Positions 10,488 through 18,860 of a DNA stretch of 64,000 bases are shown here, piece after piece. Position 1 is the first letter of the stretch, and each line of letters begins with the position of its first letter. The notes under the pieces were generated by a model. That model did no database searches. It had not been told where the DNA came from and was given only the letters and a program-made list of their open reading frames with translations. The stretch lies in sequence record NC_061446.1. One strand, given 5' to 3'. A program made the translations under genes and the position numbers.

Positions 10488-11080
10488 TGGATTTATCTGC
10501 AATCGGTTACGCCCCGAAGCAGTTTCGAGTAATCCCCGTTGAGAAGGGCAATCTCGTTACTGACTTCATTGAAGGTAAGTTCCGCGTTATTGGCGTTGAG
10601 TGTAACGCTCGTGGTGCTTACGGTAGTCCTATCCAAAAGAGTATTGCACGTCGCTTCCCCGAAGTTGTGCGCCACGTCGATTCAATCGACTATGAGCACG
10701 AACTAACAATCGGTAAGACGCACATGGTACGTGTCAGCACTCGTCATCGTCGCAATCTGTTTGTGGCTAACATGCACATTGCGCGTGGCTTCGGTCTGGG
10801 TCTCAACGGTTCTTCTGAGGGTTTTCACAAACCTATCAATCGTTTCAGCGAGAAGTTCCTGACGCGAGCTTTTGAAGACCTGCTGGAGCAGTGTGCAAAA
10901 GAAAACATTGCACCAGACAGACAGATTGCAATCCAACGTTTCTACGGCGGATTAGGCGGGGTTTCGTGGGAAGAAGTATGTGCAGTTCTGGACGCTATCT
11001 GCGAGAAGCACCAGTTCAATATGTACGCCTATCTACCACGCAACTACAACACTAACTTTGTGCGGGGCGTCGCTCAATAA
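10487..11080 (+). CDS. macrodomain protein (Poa1p/DarG-like)
   Basis: GVECNARGAYGSPIQKSIARRFP and GGLGGVSWEEV match the macrodomain N-x-x-G and GxGGxxW motifs. Confidence 0.75.
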   Translation: MDLSAIGYAPKQFRVIPVEKGNLVTDFIEGKFRVIGVECNARGAYGSPIQKSIARRFPEVVRHVDSIDYEHELTIGKTHMVRVSTRHRRNLFVANMHIARGFGLGLNGSSEGFHKPINRFSEKFLTRAFEDLLEQCAKENIAPDRQIAIQRFYGGLGGVSWEEVCAVLDAICEKHQFNMYAYLPRNYNTNFVRGVAQ

Positions 11081-11092
11081 CTCTGGGGTGTA

Positions 11093-11437
11093 TTGATGAA
11101 TACAATACGCGGATTTGATTGGCTCTTTTACGGAGATGGAACCGATAGTGGCCAACACTCAATTTTAAGCGTCGTTGTTGAACAAGCAACGAAATCAGTG
11201 CAGGTGGAAGTGAAGCCAGGAATGGCGGTGCCTGTAATTCAAGCGATTCAGGAAAATGAAGTCCTGTACGCTCAAACGGACGCTGGCCTGTATCGCATTC
11301 GCTATACTTGTTCGTTCCGTTCACTGGATGCTAACGCATTCCCGAAAGACAAAACAACCTTCCGCTTGAAGCTGATTGCTTGCGATTTTCTGGCGGACGT
11401 AACAACGCACGATAAGCTGTCGGAGTACGTGCCATGA
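11093..11437 (+). CDS. hypothetical protein
   Basis: In-operon ORF, ATGA-coupled downstream. Confidence 0.65.
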   Translation: MMNTIRGFDWLFYGDGTDSGQHSILSVVVEQATKSVQVEVKPGMAVPVIQAIQENEVLYAQTDAGLYRIRYTCSFRSLDANAFPKDKTTFRLKLIACDFLADVTTHDKLSEYVP

Positions 11438-12186
11438 TCACTGTACAGAAAATTGAAGCCCGTTTAAAAAGACTGGACTATACTCGGCCCTCACCTTCGC
11501 GTGAGATGCTTGAGGGACTTATGCAAGACGGGCGCACTCGCATTCTCAAGAAGTCTGAGACTGACTTGTGTGCTGACTCAAATCGTTACTTTGAGTTCTG
11601 TCTTTCGCAAGTCGGCTCTTTCTGTACTGCCGCATATAATGCTGTGGAGATCGGTCTGTCTCTCAACATTCAACCAATCTATATTGCGGCTGCTATTCAT
11701 CTGCACGGCAGCGACTGGCAGTATCGCTTTCTCGAATTAAAGCGTTTCGGCCTGTTGGATCGTGGCGATCACACTGTGTGGCGTTCTGCTGATTCGTGGT
11801 TTGGGCTGGGTGAAGCACGTCGTCGTTTGGTACATGCTGGTGCCTCGTCTGAAATCTCTACCGGTCAGTCTATTCTGCGTATGGCCGTGCGTAAGGGTGA
11901 TATGGAAAAGATTCGTAAGATTGCAGAAACGAATCCGCATCGCATGATGTCCATTCTCAACATCCGTAAGGAGCCTATGTACAATGACCCTCGTACTCTC
12001 GCCGCAAAGAAAGCGCGTGAGAAAGCGAAATCAGATGCTGCGGCTGCCGGTAAGAAGCTGGTGGAGAAAGGCGCGTTCAACGATTTGGGTGGCGTGTTCA
12101 ATAAAACGATCACAAAAGCAGACCCGACACGTCCTCGTACCGCTGATGAATACACAACTGCTGGTGGCCGAAAGTACACCATGTAG
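11434..12186 (+). CDS. hypothetical protein, basic C-terminus
   Basis: 250-aa ORF with GGAG RBS. Confidence 0.75.
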   Translation: MITVQKIEARLKRLDYTRPSPSREMLEGLMQDGRTRILKKSETDLCADSNRYFEFCLSQVGSFCTAAYNAVEIGLSLNIQPIYIAAAIHLHGSDWQYRFLELKRFGLLDRGDHTVWRSADSWFGLGEARRRLVHAGASSEISTGQSILRMAVRKGDMEKIRKIAETNPHRMMSILNIRKEPMYNDPRTLAAKKAREKAKSDAAAAGKKLVEKGAFNDLGGVFNKTITKADPTRPRTADEYTTAGGRKYTM

Positions 12187-12209
12187 GTCACGACTCCAAG
12201 GAGAAGATT

Positions 12210-12587
12210 TTGAAAATCGAATACATAGTTACGCAGATTGAAAAGCTCGTACATAATGAGTACGATACCGTCAATAAATATAGCGGTATGACGGCTAGCG
12301 AAATCGCCAAGACAGAAGGCAAACTTATCTTCATTATGAACAATACATTTGTTCACGATAAGCTCCTGTGTCTGCCTGATGATCATCGTGGTGCTTTTCG
12401 TCCTGTAGAGAATATGGAAACATTGCGCACGGGTCTTCTTGGCCATGTGCATAACATGCCTATCTACAGTGACTGGATGCACGAGCCGCATTCGAGAACG
12501 GGCGTCAACCGAGAGCCTCGGGTGGCTGTTGTTGATCTGGAAACCAACGCAATTTTTCGAATTGAAGCAGAGAAATTTGTTTGCTGA
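12210..12587 (+). CDS. hypothetical protein
   Basis: AAGGAG RBS, TTG start. Confidence 0.65.
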   Translation: MKIEYIVTQIEKLVHNEYDTVNKYSGMTASEIAKTEGKLIFIMNNTFVHDKLLCLPDDHRGAFRPVENMETLRTGLLGHVHNMPIYSDWMHEPHSRTGVNREPRVAVVDLETNAIFRIEAEKFVC

Positions 12588-12640
12588 TTTTCTGCGGACG
12601 GTAATTTCGACAGGTCAAAACAAATAACGGAAACATAATC

Positions 12641-13411
12641 ATGAGCAACGTTGATACAACAATGCCTGAAGGTAAGTGGGAGTTCAATGAGCCAGTTGCT
12701 GCTGTGTTTGATAACATGCTGCAAAACTCAATCCCGTCTTATGATCGTATGCGTGACCTGACGTATCGTTTAGGTCGTCAGTTCGTAACTCCTGGTACGG
12801 CTATCGTTGACTTGGGTGCAAGCCTAGGTCGTGCGATTGAGCCGTTCTGCAAAGAGTTCGGTCCGTACAACTATCATCACTGCCCGCACTCCGATGACGC
12901 AGATAGCGAAACAGGCAATCATTACAGCCTGTATGAGATCGCTCCTGCCATGCGCGAACGCCTGATGACTAACGACGTGTTGGTTGCTGCTGGCGCCAAG
13001 CTGGAGCGTGACTCTCTGACTGACGTTGATACGTTCCGCTTTGATGGACAAGTCGAATGCTCGTTGATTCTGTCTGTGCTCACTCTCCAGTTTACGCCGA
13101 TTGAACATCGTCAGCACATTCTGGAAAAAGTGTACGACAGCCTGGAGAAAGGCGGCGCGTTCATCCTCGTTGAGAAAGTACTCGGTGACGATAACTTCCT
13201 CGACCGTCTTCTGGTAAGCACGTACTATCAGATGAAAGGCGATAACGGTTACTCGCAGGAAAGCATTGCGACGAAACGTAAGTCACTTGAAGGCGTACTC
13301 GTTCCTGTGAAAGCCTCATGGAACGAAGAACTGCTGCGTAAAGCTGGCTTCGACCGCGTAGAGTGCTTCTACCGTGACCTGAACTTCGCAGGCTGGATTG
13401 CAATCAAGTAA
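12641..13411 (+). CDS. cmoA: carboxy-S-adenosyl-L-methionine synthase (CmoA family)
   Basis: WEFNEPVAAVFDNMLQNSIPSY, DLGASLG, LTLQF, GGAFILVEK, NGYSQESIATKRKSLE; Arg at 13277-13279 aligns with E. coli CmoA Arg199. Confidence 0.88.
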   Translation: MSNVDTTMPEGKWEFNEPVAAVFDNMLQNSIPSYDRMRDLTYRLGRQFVTPGTAIVDLGASLGRAIEPFCKEFGPYNYHHCPHSDDADSETGNHYSLYEIAPAMRERLMTNDVLVAAGAKLERDSLTDVDTFRFDGQVECSLILSVLTLQFTPIEHRQHILEKVYDSLEKGGAFILVEKVLGDDNFLDRLLVSTYYQMKGDNGYSQESIATKRKSLEGVLVPVKASWNEELLRKAGFDRVECFYRDLNFAGWIAIK

Positions 13412-13415
13412 CCGT

Positions 13416-13444
13416 GTGGGGTGGCTTCGGCTGCCCACTGCTTT
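13416..13444 (+). terminator. UUCG hairpin with weak U-tract between cmoA and the ligase gene
   Basis: GTGGGGTGGC-TTCG-GCTGCCCAC then TGCTTT. Confidence 0.45.
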
Positions 13445-13457
13445 TGAGGGAACAACC

Positions 13458-14324
13458 ATGGCTAATGTACGCCAAGAACGCTGCGCACGAATGATACGCG
13501 AGTCACTAATCGCAGAAATAAAAAAGGCTCGCTCTAAACGTCCTTACGTCTTCCTCAGTGGCGGCGTAGACTCAAACTGTATTCTGTTTGCTGCACTGGC
13601 TGCTGGTTGCAAGCCAATCACACTGAGCTTCCACATGGAAGGCGTTAACAGTCGTGACTTCCGTGCTGCACAGGCTATCGCTCAGGAGTTTAACCTTGAG
13701 CTGATTGAAGTCGTTCTTCCTAACAGCTATGAGAAGTTGAAGAAAGATGTGCTGCTCATGGCAGAGCGCTACGCCTGCATTCAGAAGAACGAATTTGAAT
13801 GTTCATGGCCAATGCTCTACAGCTTCTTCCATGTTCGCAACCACGCTGCGGAGAATGGCATCAAGAATCCTGTGACGTTTACCGGACAGGGCGCTGACCT
13901 GATGTATCTCAGTAGCAAGAAGGCGAGCATTCACTATAAAGATCGTCCAGACGAATGGCGCAAAGAGGGTCGCGCTAATCCGCATCGCACTCAGGGTCGC
14001 ATCTTACCTGTTATGGCGCGTGATGCTGGTGTGCGTAACATCAAGCCGTGGGATAGCGAAGAAATCCTGCAGGCGTTTCTCGGCACAAGCTGGGAAGACG
14101 TTAACAAGCCTCGTCAGAAAGAGCCGTCGCGCATGGCTTTCGAAGAAGACTTCCAACGTATTCGCGTGTACAACCATCAGAACTTCCAACTCGGTGATAC
14201 CGGAATCGCAGAGCATTTCGAAAAGCTGCTGGCGGACCCTGAGATGAATCCTGATCTTAAATACAAAAGCGTCGTCGGTGTTTACGGTGAGCTTGCCCGT
14301 AAGTACCAGGGAATTGAGTCATGA
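13458..14324 (+). CDS. asparagine-synthase-like ATP-dependent amide ligase (PP-loop domain only)
   Basis: LSGGVDS PP-loop, FTGQGADLMY; no N-terminal Ntn glutaminase domain; GAGG RBS before ATG 13458. Confidence 0.8.
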   Translation: MANVRQERCARMIRESLIAEIKKARSKRPYVFLSGGVDSNCILFAALAAGCKPITLSFHMEGVNSRDFRAAQAIAQEFNLELIEVVLPNSYEKLKKDVLLMAERYACIQKNEFECSWPMLYSFFHVRNHAAENGIKNPVTFTGQGADLMYLSSKKASIHYKDRPDEWRKEGRANPHRTQGRILPVMARDAGVRNIKPWDSEEILQAFLGTSWEDVNKPRQKEPSRMAFEEDFQRIRVYNHQNFQLGDTGIAEHFEKLLADPEMNPDLKYKSVVGVYGELARKYQGIES

Positions 14325-14932
14325 TTCATATCATTGATGGTGGCGTTGGTTGTGATTACGTTTCTGAAAAGTTGCGTGAAGCTGGAATCAATTGCCGTAC
14401 TCATGCGCCCAACAACCCACGCGTTCGCGCTGCATACGCACCTTATGCCTCGCTGTCCATGGGCTTTAGCGTAGAAGAAATTGAGAAGCATATCGGTAAC
14501 GTGCTTGGCACATATCGCGGTCTGTTTCTGATTAGCAGTTACATCGGCTCGCTGGTAGCGCGTAACATGATTGACCAATGCGGCCAAAGCCATAACATCA
14601 TTTACTGCGATGACTTCAAGTGCGGTTCTCTGCCTGTCGTTGCTTCTTCTATTTCTGTAAACACCTATAAGAAGCAACGGCAACTCGGACGTATTGCTGG
14701 ACGTCTCAAACACTTTGACTTTGACCACGAATTTATTATTGCTGACAAGGCAGTGCGATTTGCGGCAGGCTCGGAGTTTGATGAACATGAAGCGCGTAGC
14801 GAACTGAACAACCATGCGAAGTTCCTGTCGAGTCCGTCCATGATTGTTGCAGCACACAAACTCGGTGTGCGTAGCAGCATGTATCATAACTATGCAGGGC
14901 TGGTGAAAGAGTTCATTGAGAATCGCCAGTAG
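14321..14932 (+). CDS. hypothetical protein coupled to the ligase
   Basis: ATGA overlap; N-terminus IHIIDGGVG. Confidence 0.75.
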   Translation: MIHIIDGGVGCDYVSEKLREAGINCRTHAPNNPRVRAAYAPYASLSMGFSVEEIEKHIGNVLGTYRGLFLISSYIGSLVARNMIDQCGQSHNIIYCDDFKCGSLPVVASSISVNTYKKQRQLGRIAGRLKHFDFDHEFIIADKAVRFAAGSEFDEHEARSELNNHAKFLSSPSMIVAAHKLGVRSSMYHNYAGLVKEFIENRQ

Positions 14933-14950
14933 CAGTAACGAGAGGGCACG

Positions 14951-15214
14951 ATGATTAATCGCTTTCAGTTAAAACGAGCTCCAGTGATTGAAGCCTGTCA
15001 GTGGAACGGAGAGAACGTTGAGGAGATGAATCAGTTTCTCAACGGCGGTGGTTACGTTGTAGGTCGTTATGTCCAGATTGGTGTGACGGACAAACAGGGT
15101 AACCCAACTCTGGCTAACGTAGCAGTAGGCAACTACGCAGTGAAAGACGAAGACGGCAAGTACGGCGCAATCACCGCATCAGAGTTGATGGATCTTTACG
15201 TACTGGCGGATTGA
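14951..15214 (+). CDS. small conserved phage protein (PVIEAxQW...GNYAVK, PGDYG-like family)
   Basis: Motif pattern resembles the widespread KPVVIEAVQW...GDYIIK phage family. Confidence 0.6.
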   Translation: MINRFQLKRAPVIEACQWNGENVEEMNQFLNGGGYVVGRYVQIGVTDKQGNPTLANVAVGNYAVKDEDGKYGAITASELMDLYVLAD

Positions 15215-15221
15215 GGAACAC

Positions 15222-15677
15222 ATGAATCTTTTCTCTATTTTAAAACAGCAAGTGAAGAAAGCGCTGTCTACCGAAGCGAACCACGAACCAGAAATTCGTG
15301 CTTTGTTTGACTGGCGTTACTCAGTTGAAATCAAAGGCCAGATGTATATCGTCGGTAAGACAGGAGCGAACACCTGCTTCTATATCGAGCCGGGGACGTC
15401 TGAGCCTATCGCCTGCTATCCCGATGCGTTACTGGAGAAGATCGACCAGTGGGGTTCAGGCAAGTACGTGTCGTATGCTATCTACTTCAAACGCTTCGAA
15501 AGCCCCGTTGCTGAGAACATCAAAAGTCTCGAAAAGGCAATGACAGGCAAGCCGAAGACGTTTAAGAAAGGTTACTTCATCTGTGGCGTTACGCCGAAAG
15601 GCAAGCGCGTCAAGCTCTATCGTCTGCAACAGGGATTGAGCGGAATGCAGTGGGTAGCAGTGGAGCCTAAAAAGTAA
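15222..15677 (+). CDS. hypothetical protein
   Basis: GAGGA RBS; 151 aa. Confidence 0.75.
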   Translation: MNLFSILKQQVKKALSTEANHEPEIRALFDWRYSVEIKGQMYIVGKTGANTCFYIEPGTSEPIACYPDALLEKIDQWGSGKYVSYAIYFKRFESPVAENIKSLEKAMTGKPKTFKKGYFICGVTPKGKRVKLYRLQQGLSGMQWVAVEPKK

Positions 15678-15705
15678 TCACGGACTGTCCGTGTGAGGAG
15701 CAAGT

Positions 15706-15999
15706 ATGATTAGTGACATTACAGTCGGCCATATCTATAAGTCACCTAGTGACAGACCATTTATTGTTGACTGCATTGCTGCGCACGGACAGGATTGCTC
15801 TCTACCTATGGTCGTCTATCGTAATCTTGAAAAGACGTTAGACAAACCGGCAGGTACCGTATGGGTAATCCCTGAGTCGTTGTTCACAATGCAGTTCTCT
15901 GAGTATGAATGTGGAGAACATCATGAACACAACGAACTTGTATCAGCATCTGGCGTCAAGGGGGTTCGATCCTTCTTTTTATCATTGCTGGGTGAGTGA
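15706..15999 (+). CDS. DUF1653-like protein
   Basis: GHIYK...FIVDCIA...MVVYRNL pattern; GAGGAG RBS. Confidence 0.6.
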   Translation: MISDITVGHIYKSPSDRPFIVDCIAAHGQDCSLPMVVYRNLEKTLDKPAGTVWVIPESLFTMQFSEYECGEHHEHNELVSASGVKGVRSFFLSLLGE

Positions 16000-16439
16000 A
16001 ACACAAATGACCGTACCTCTGTTTGCGTTTGACAGAGCGATGCGTGGTCTACAGGTCTACACACCAGATGCACCAAAGCACGACGCTAACCCGAAAGCGT
16101 GTCGTTACTTTACGCGAGCATTCGGCGGCAAGCAGTTGGTGTGGGGATCGGAAATTAAACCTGAACGGGTCGACCGTATTCTTAACTGAGTCTGTGTTCA
16201 AGGCATGTGCATTGCATCGTCTTGGACTTAACGCTTGGTCCGTTCTTGGCTCTGATGTTAGTGACCATCTTTATCGTCAGTTGTGTCTTCTTGGTCTTCG
16301 GTTCGTTTGTCTCGGCGATAACGATCCGGCAGGGCAGAAGTTTAGTCAGACGTTTGGGCTAGGCGCTGTCAGTCGTGACCTTGATGAATTGACTGACGAG
16401 GAACTTCTCGACCTAACTCTACCATTCGTAAGGAAGTAA
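15923..16439 (+). pseudogene. small TOPRIM/primase-like gene split by a +1 frameshift near 16153
   Basis: Frame A (MNTTNLYQHLASRG...KQLVWGSE) continues in frame B (LNLNGSTVFLTESVFKA...GDNDPAG) carrying the TOPRIM Glu and DxD. Confidence 0.65.
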
Positions 16440-16440
16440 A

Positions 16441-16875
16441 ATGGAAAACAAACATAAGATCATCATCCGCATCTTAGGTGATGTAGGCAGCGGTAAGTCT
16501 GCTGCATACTGTCGTATTGCTGCGATGCTGAAAGACAGCGGTGCGACTGTTGTTCATGCTGACGAGAAAGCGTGGAACATGTTGCAGAATGCAGGTGAAG
16601 CCGACCGCGCTCAGGAAGACCTGTATACCTTCTCTCCGCAGATCACTCTCGAAGAAGCCTGCATTCGCTCTGATGCAACTCTGTCGAAAAATCAGATCAT
16701 GCAGTATTTCGCATACGCCCATCTGCCTCAACATCTGCAACGTGTTAGCAAGCCGTTCGCACTGCTGGCGCAAGAGATGGATCAGTATCTGCCTGACGGC
16801 GCTGAAAAGTCTGCGGGTCTGCGTAAACTTCTCGAAGCGAAAGACTGCGCTGTCCGTGCGTTAGTCGCAAAATGA
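16441..16875 (+). CDS. Walker-A-like N-terminus fused to an Acb2/Tad1-like helical hairpin
   Basis: GDVGSGKS; C-terminal FAYAHLP...LPDGAEKSAGLRKLLEAKDCAVRA. Confidence 0.6.
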   Translation: MENKHKIIIRILGDVGSGKSAAYCRIAAMLKDSGATVVHADEKAWNMLQNAGEADRAQEDLYTFSPQITLEEACIRSDATLSKNQIMQYFAYAHLPQHLQRVSKPFALLAQEMDQYLPDGAEKSAGLRKLLEAKDCAVRALVAK

Positions 16876-17000
16876 TCGTACTGTGCTTTCGCTGTCTCAA
16901 AACATACGACATTCTGAAAGCACCTTTGACCAAGACCAAACGGCTGCGCGTCAAAGAGCCAGAGTGTCCTCATTGTGGGTGTAGGGTTTACTTCTCATAA
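16872..17000 (+). CDS. 42-aa zinc-ribbon protein (not in ORF track)
   Basis: ATGA-coupled; MIVLCFRC...ECPHCGCRVYFS. Confidence 0.65.
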   Translation: MIVLCFRCLKTYDILKAPLTKTKRLRVKEPECPHCGCRVYFS

Positions 17001-17010
17001 GGAGGCAATC

Positions 17011-17037
17011 ATGAACGATTGGTTCTACGACTGGTAA
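17011..17037 (+). CDS. micro-ORF MNDWFYDW
   Basis: AAGGAGG RBS 5 nt upstream, TAA TAA double stop, terminator immediately after. Confidence 0.45.
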   Translation: MNDWFYDW

Positions 17038-17043
17038 TAACTC

Positions 17044-17070
17044 AAAGGGTGGCCTAATGGCTGCCCTTTT
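17044..17070 (+). terminator. rho-independent terminator
   Basis: AAAGGGTGGCC-TAAT-GGCTGCCCTTTT. Confidence 0.8.
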
Positions 17071-17192
17071 CTGATCTTAGACAAGTAAAATAAGCCATTA
17101 GGGGTAGCGAATAACCATGCGTAAGGCATATAAAACCATGTGTAGGCAGCGTAGAAACACCACCTTTTTCTTGAGCAGTGGGAAGCGCTTAA

Positions 17193-17202
17193 AATCTGTA
17201 AA
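17193..17202 (+). promoter_or_regulatory. AATCTGTAAA motif
   Basis: Intergenic, 41 nt before ATG 17244. Confidence 0.6.
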
Positions 17203-17243
17203 TATAGCTCAGATACCAATAACTGCTTCTGAGAAGAATAAAA

Positions 17244-17648
17244 ATGAGACCTGAGACTATTGCTCGTACATATAAAGTCCCAAGCCAAACTTTGGAGTCC
17301 GTCCACAACATCTGTGAACGTCAAGGCGTAAAACTGTCCGACGTTGTTCGTCGCTATGTTCAATTCGTCGTTCGCACTCGCGGTGAGTTTCTGCGTTCCG
17401 CGCCTCGTCCTGAGTCGGCTCAGCTTAACGTGCGTATGCCTTTTGATTTAGCTCATTCGTTTAGTCATGTATGTAAGCAAGCAGGTTCTGGTACCAGCAC
17501 AACAATGGTCACTTTCCTGAATGAAATAGTTCAGCTTAATCATATTCCTGAGGAACTCCTTCAGGAGACCGAAGAAGATGTGCGTGAGTATATCCGCAAA
17601 GAACGTGCTCGCCTTGACCTACTGGAAGCTCAATTCGGAAAACAATAA
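17244..17648 (+). CDS. tandem ribbon-helix-helix-like DNA-binding protein
   Basis: Two beta-alpha-alpha-like units: RTYKVP...LSDVVRRYV and QLNVRMP...TMVTFL. Confidence 0.55.
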   Translation: MRPETIARTYKVPSQTLESVHNICERQGVKLSDVVRRYVQFVVRTRGEFLRSAPRPESAQLNVRMPFDLAHSFSHVCKQAGSGTSTTMVTFLNEIVQLNHIPEELLQETEEDVREYIRKERARLDLLEAQFGKQ

Positions 17649-18490
17649 TGACAGTAATAAGTCCAATCCGCTACCAGGGAAATAAGCGAAGTCTTATCCC
17701 TCTCATTCTGGAGCACACACCTTCTGTGCAAGACTGTCCACGTATGGTCGATGTGTTCGGCGGTAGCGCTACTGTGTGCGCGAACATGCCTCAGAAGTTT
17801 CGTGTCTACAACGAACTGAGTCCGCAGGTATTTGAAATCGTCAAGATGCTTGTCGAACAAGACCCGAAGAAAACATTGGGCCAAGTTAAGCGTCTGGTAA
17901 AACATTGGTGCCTGACAAACAGTAACGAAGAAAACTACGATGCGTTCCGTGAAGTTGTCCAGAAGAAGCGCACGGCTATTCTGCATTACGTTGCGCACCG
18001 ACACGCCCACTCGAACATGCTGCGCTTTAATCAGCAGGGCATATACAATGTTGGCTTTGGTGATCGTGGTCTGATTGGCAAGTTCGATGAACTGGAGCAA
18101 GAACTCACTACGTTTCATAGTCACATGCAGGGCGTCCACCTGACGAACATGAAGTACGGTAAGCTGTTGAGCCGTCTCGGTCGCCAATTGAACTCCAACA
18201 CGTTCTGTTACTTCGACCCGCCTTATCTTGCCTCAGGTGCTATGCAGTATGGCAAGTGGACGGAAGCAAACGAACGCAATCTACTCGCAACGCTTGAGCA
18301 ACTGAATCGTTTAGGCGTGCCGTGGATGTTGAGCAACGTTACTGAACATCGACACTTCTCAAACGACTTGTTGAAGCGTTGGCTAAAGAAACATGCAACG
18401 ACTGTGCTCTACCCAAACAAAAGCTATGCGATGAACAACGGCCAGAGTGGTTCGCATAGCACCGTTGAAATTCTGGCAATGAACTACTGA
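17648..18490 (+). CDS. dam: DNA adenine methyltransferase (Dam/D12 class)
   Basis: SPIRYQGNK, DVFGGSATV, YFDPPY. Confidence 0.88.
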   Translation: MTVISPIRYQGNKRSLIPLILEHTPSVQDCPRMVDVFGGSATVCANMPQKFRVYNELSPQVFEIVKMLVEQDPKKTLGQVKRLVKHWCLTNSNEENYDAFREVVQKKRTAILHYVAHRHAHSNMLRFNQQGIYNVGFGDRGLIGKFDELEQELTTFHSHMQGVHLTNMKYGKLLSRLGRQLNSNTFCYFDPPYLASGAMQYGKWTEANERNLLATLEQLNRLGVPWMLSNVTEHRHFSNDLLKRWLKKHATTVLYPNKSYAMNNGQSGSHSTVEILAMNY

Positions 18491-18497
18491 GGTAATC

Positions 18498-18806
18498 ATG
18501 GCACCACCAGTCGGTACAAACATGAAGTTGTGGAGTATTCTCGGCTCAATCGTTCGTGAGCTTGAGAAGATTAACGCCACTGCTTGGTACTTGTCGAAAG
18601 ACCCGAAAGATACCTGCGGCGTTATTTGCTGCGCTATCCCTGACTACACGGACGCCACTCTAATCAAAGAGATTGAGATGCGTGTCGGTCAGATTGAAGA
18701 ACGCAAACGCTACATCGCTGGTCTGCAAAACGGTGAAGCTGGCCATACCTTTGCCTGCGAGCAACGTGCCGACGAACTCTACCAGAAGTATTGTGGTAAG
18801 CGTTAA
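18498..18806 (+). CDS. hypothetical protein
   Basis: GAGG RBS. Confidence 0.7.
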   Translation: MAPPVGTNMKLWSILGSIVRELEKINATAWYLSKDPKDTCGVICCAIPDYTDATLIKEIEMRVGQIEERKRYIAGLQNGEAGHTFACEQRADELYQKYCGKR

Positions 18807-18814
18807 TCTGTAAA
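18805..18814 (+). promoter_or_regulatory. AATCTGTAAA motif
   Basis: At gene boundary, 46 nt before ATG 18861. Confidence 0.6.
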
Positions 18815-18860
18815 ACAATAACATAACAACCTTTTGACTACACACTGCAAGGATATAAAA

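Noticed and set aside
12641-13411. cmoA as a simple tRNA-modification auxiliary gene
   Set aside because: No cmoB or tRNA genes in the window, while an amide ligase and an Arg-variant DNA MTase are present; not fully excluded
16441-16620. Complete P-loop kinase
   Set aside because: Only about 85 aa precede the hairpin domain and no Walker B/lid is evident; kept only as a Walker-A-like segment
17117-17254. 45-aa ORF MRKAYKTM... in the AT-rich gap
   Set aside because: Weak RBS, follows a terminator and runs across the promoter motif; more likely regulatory DNA
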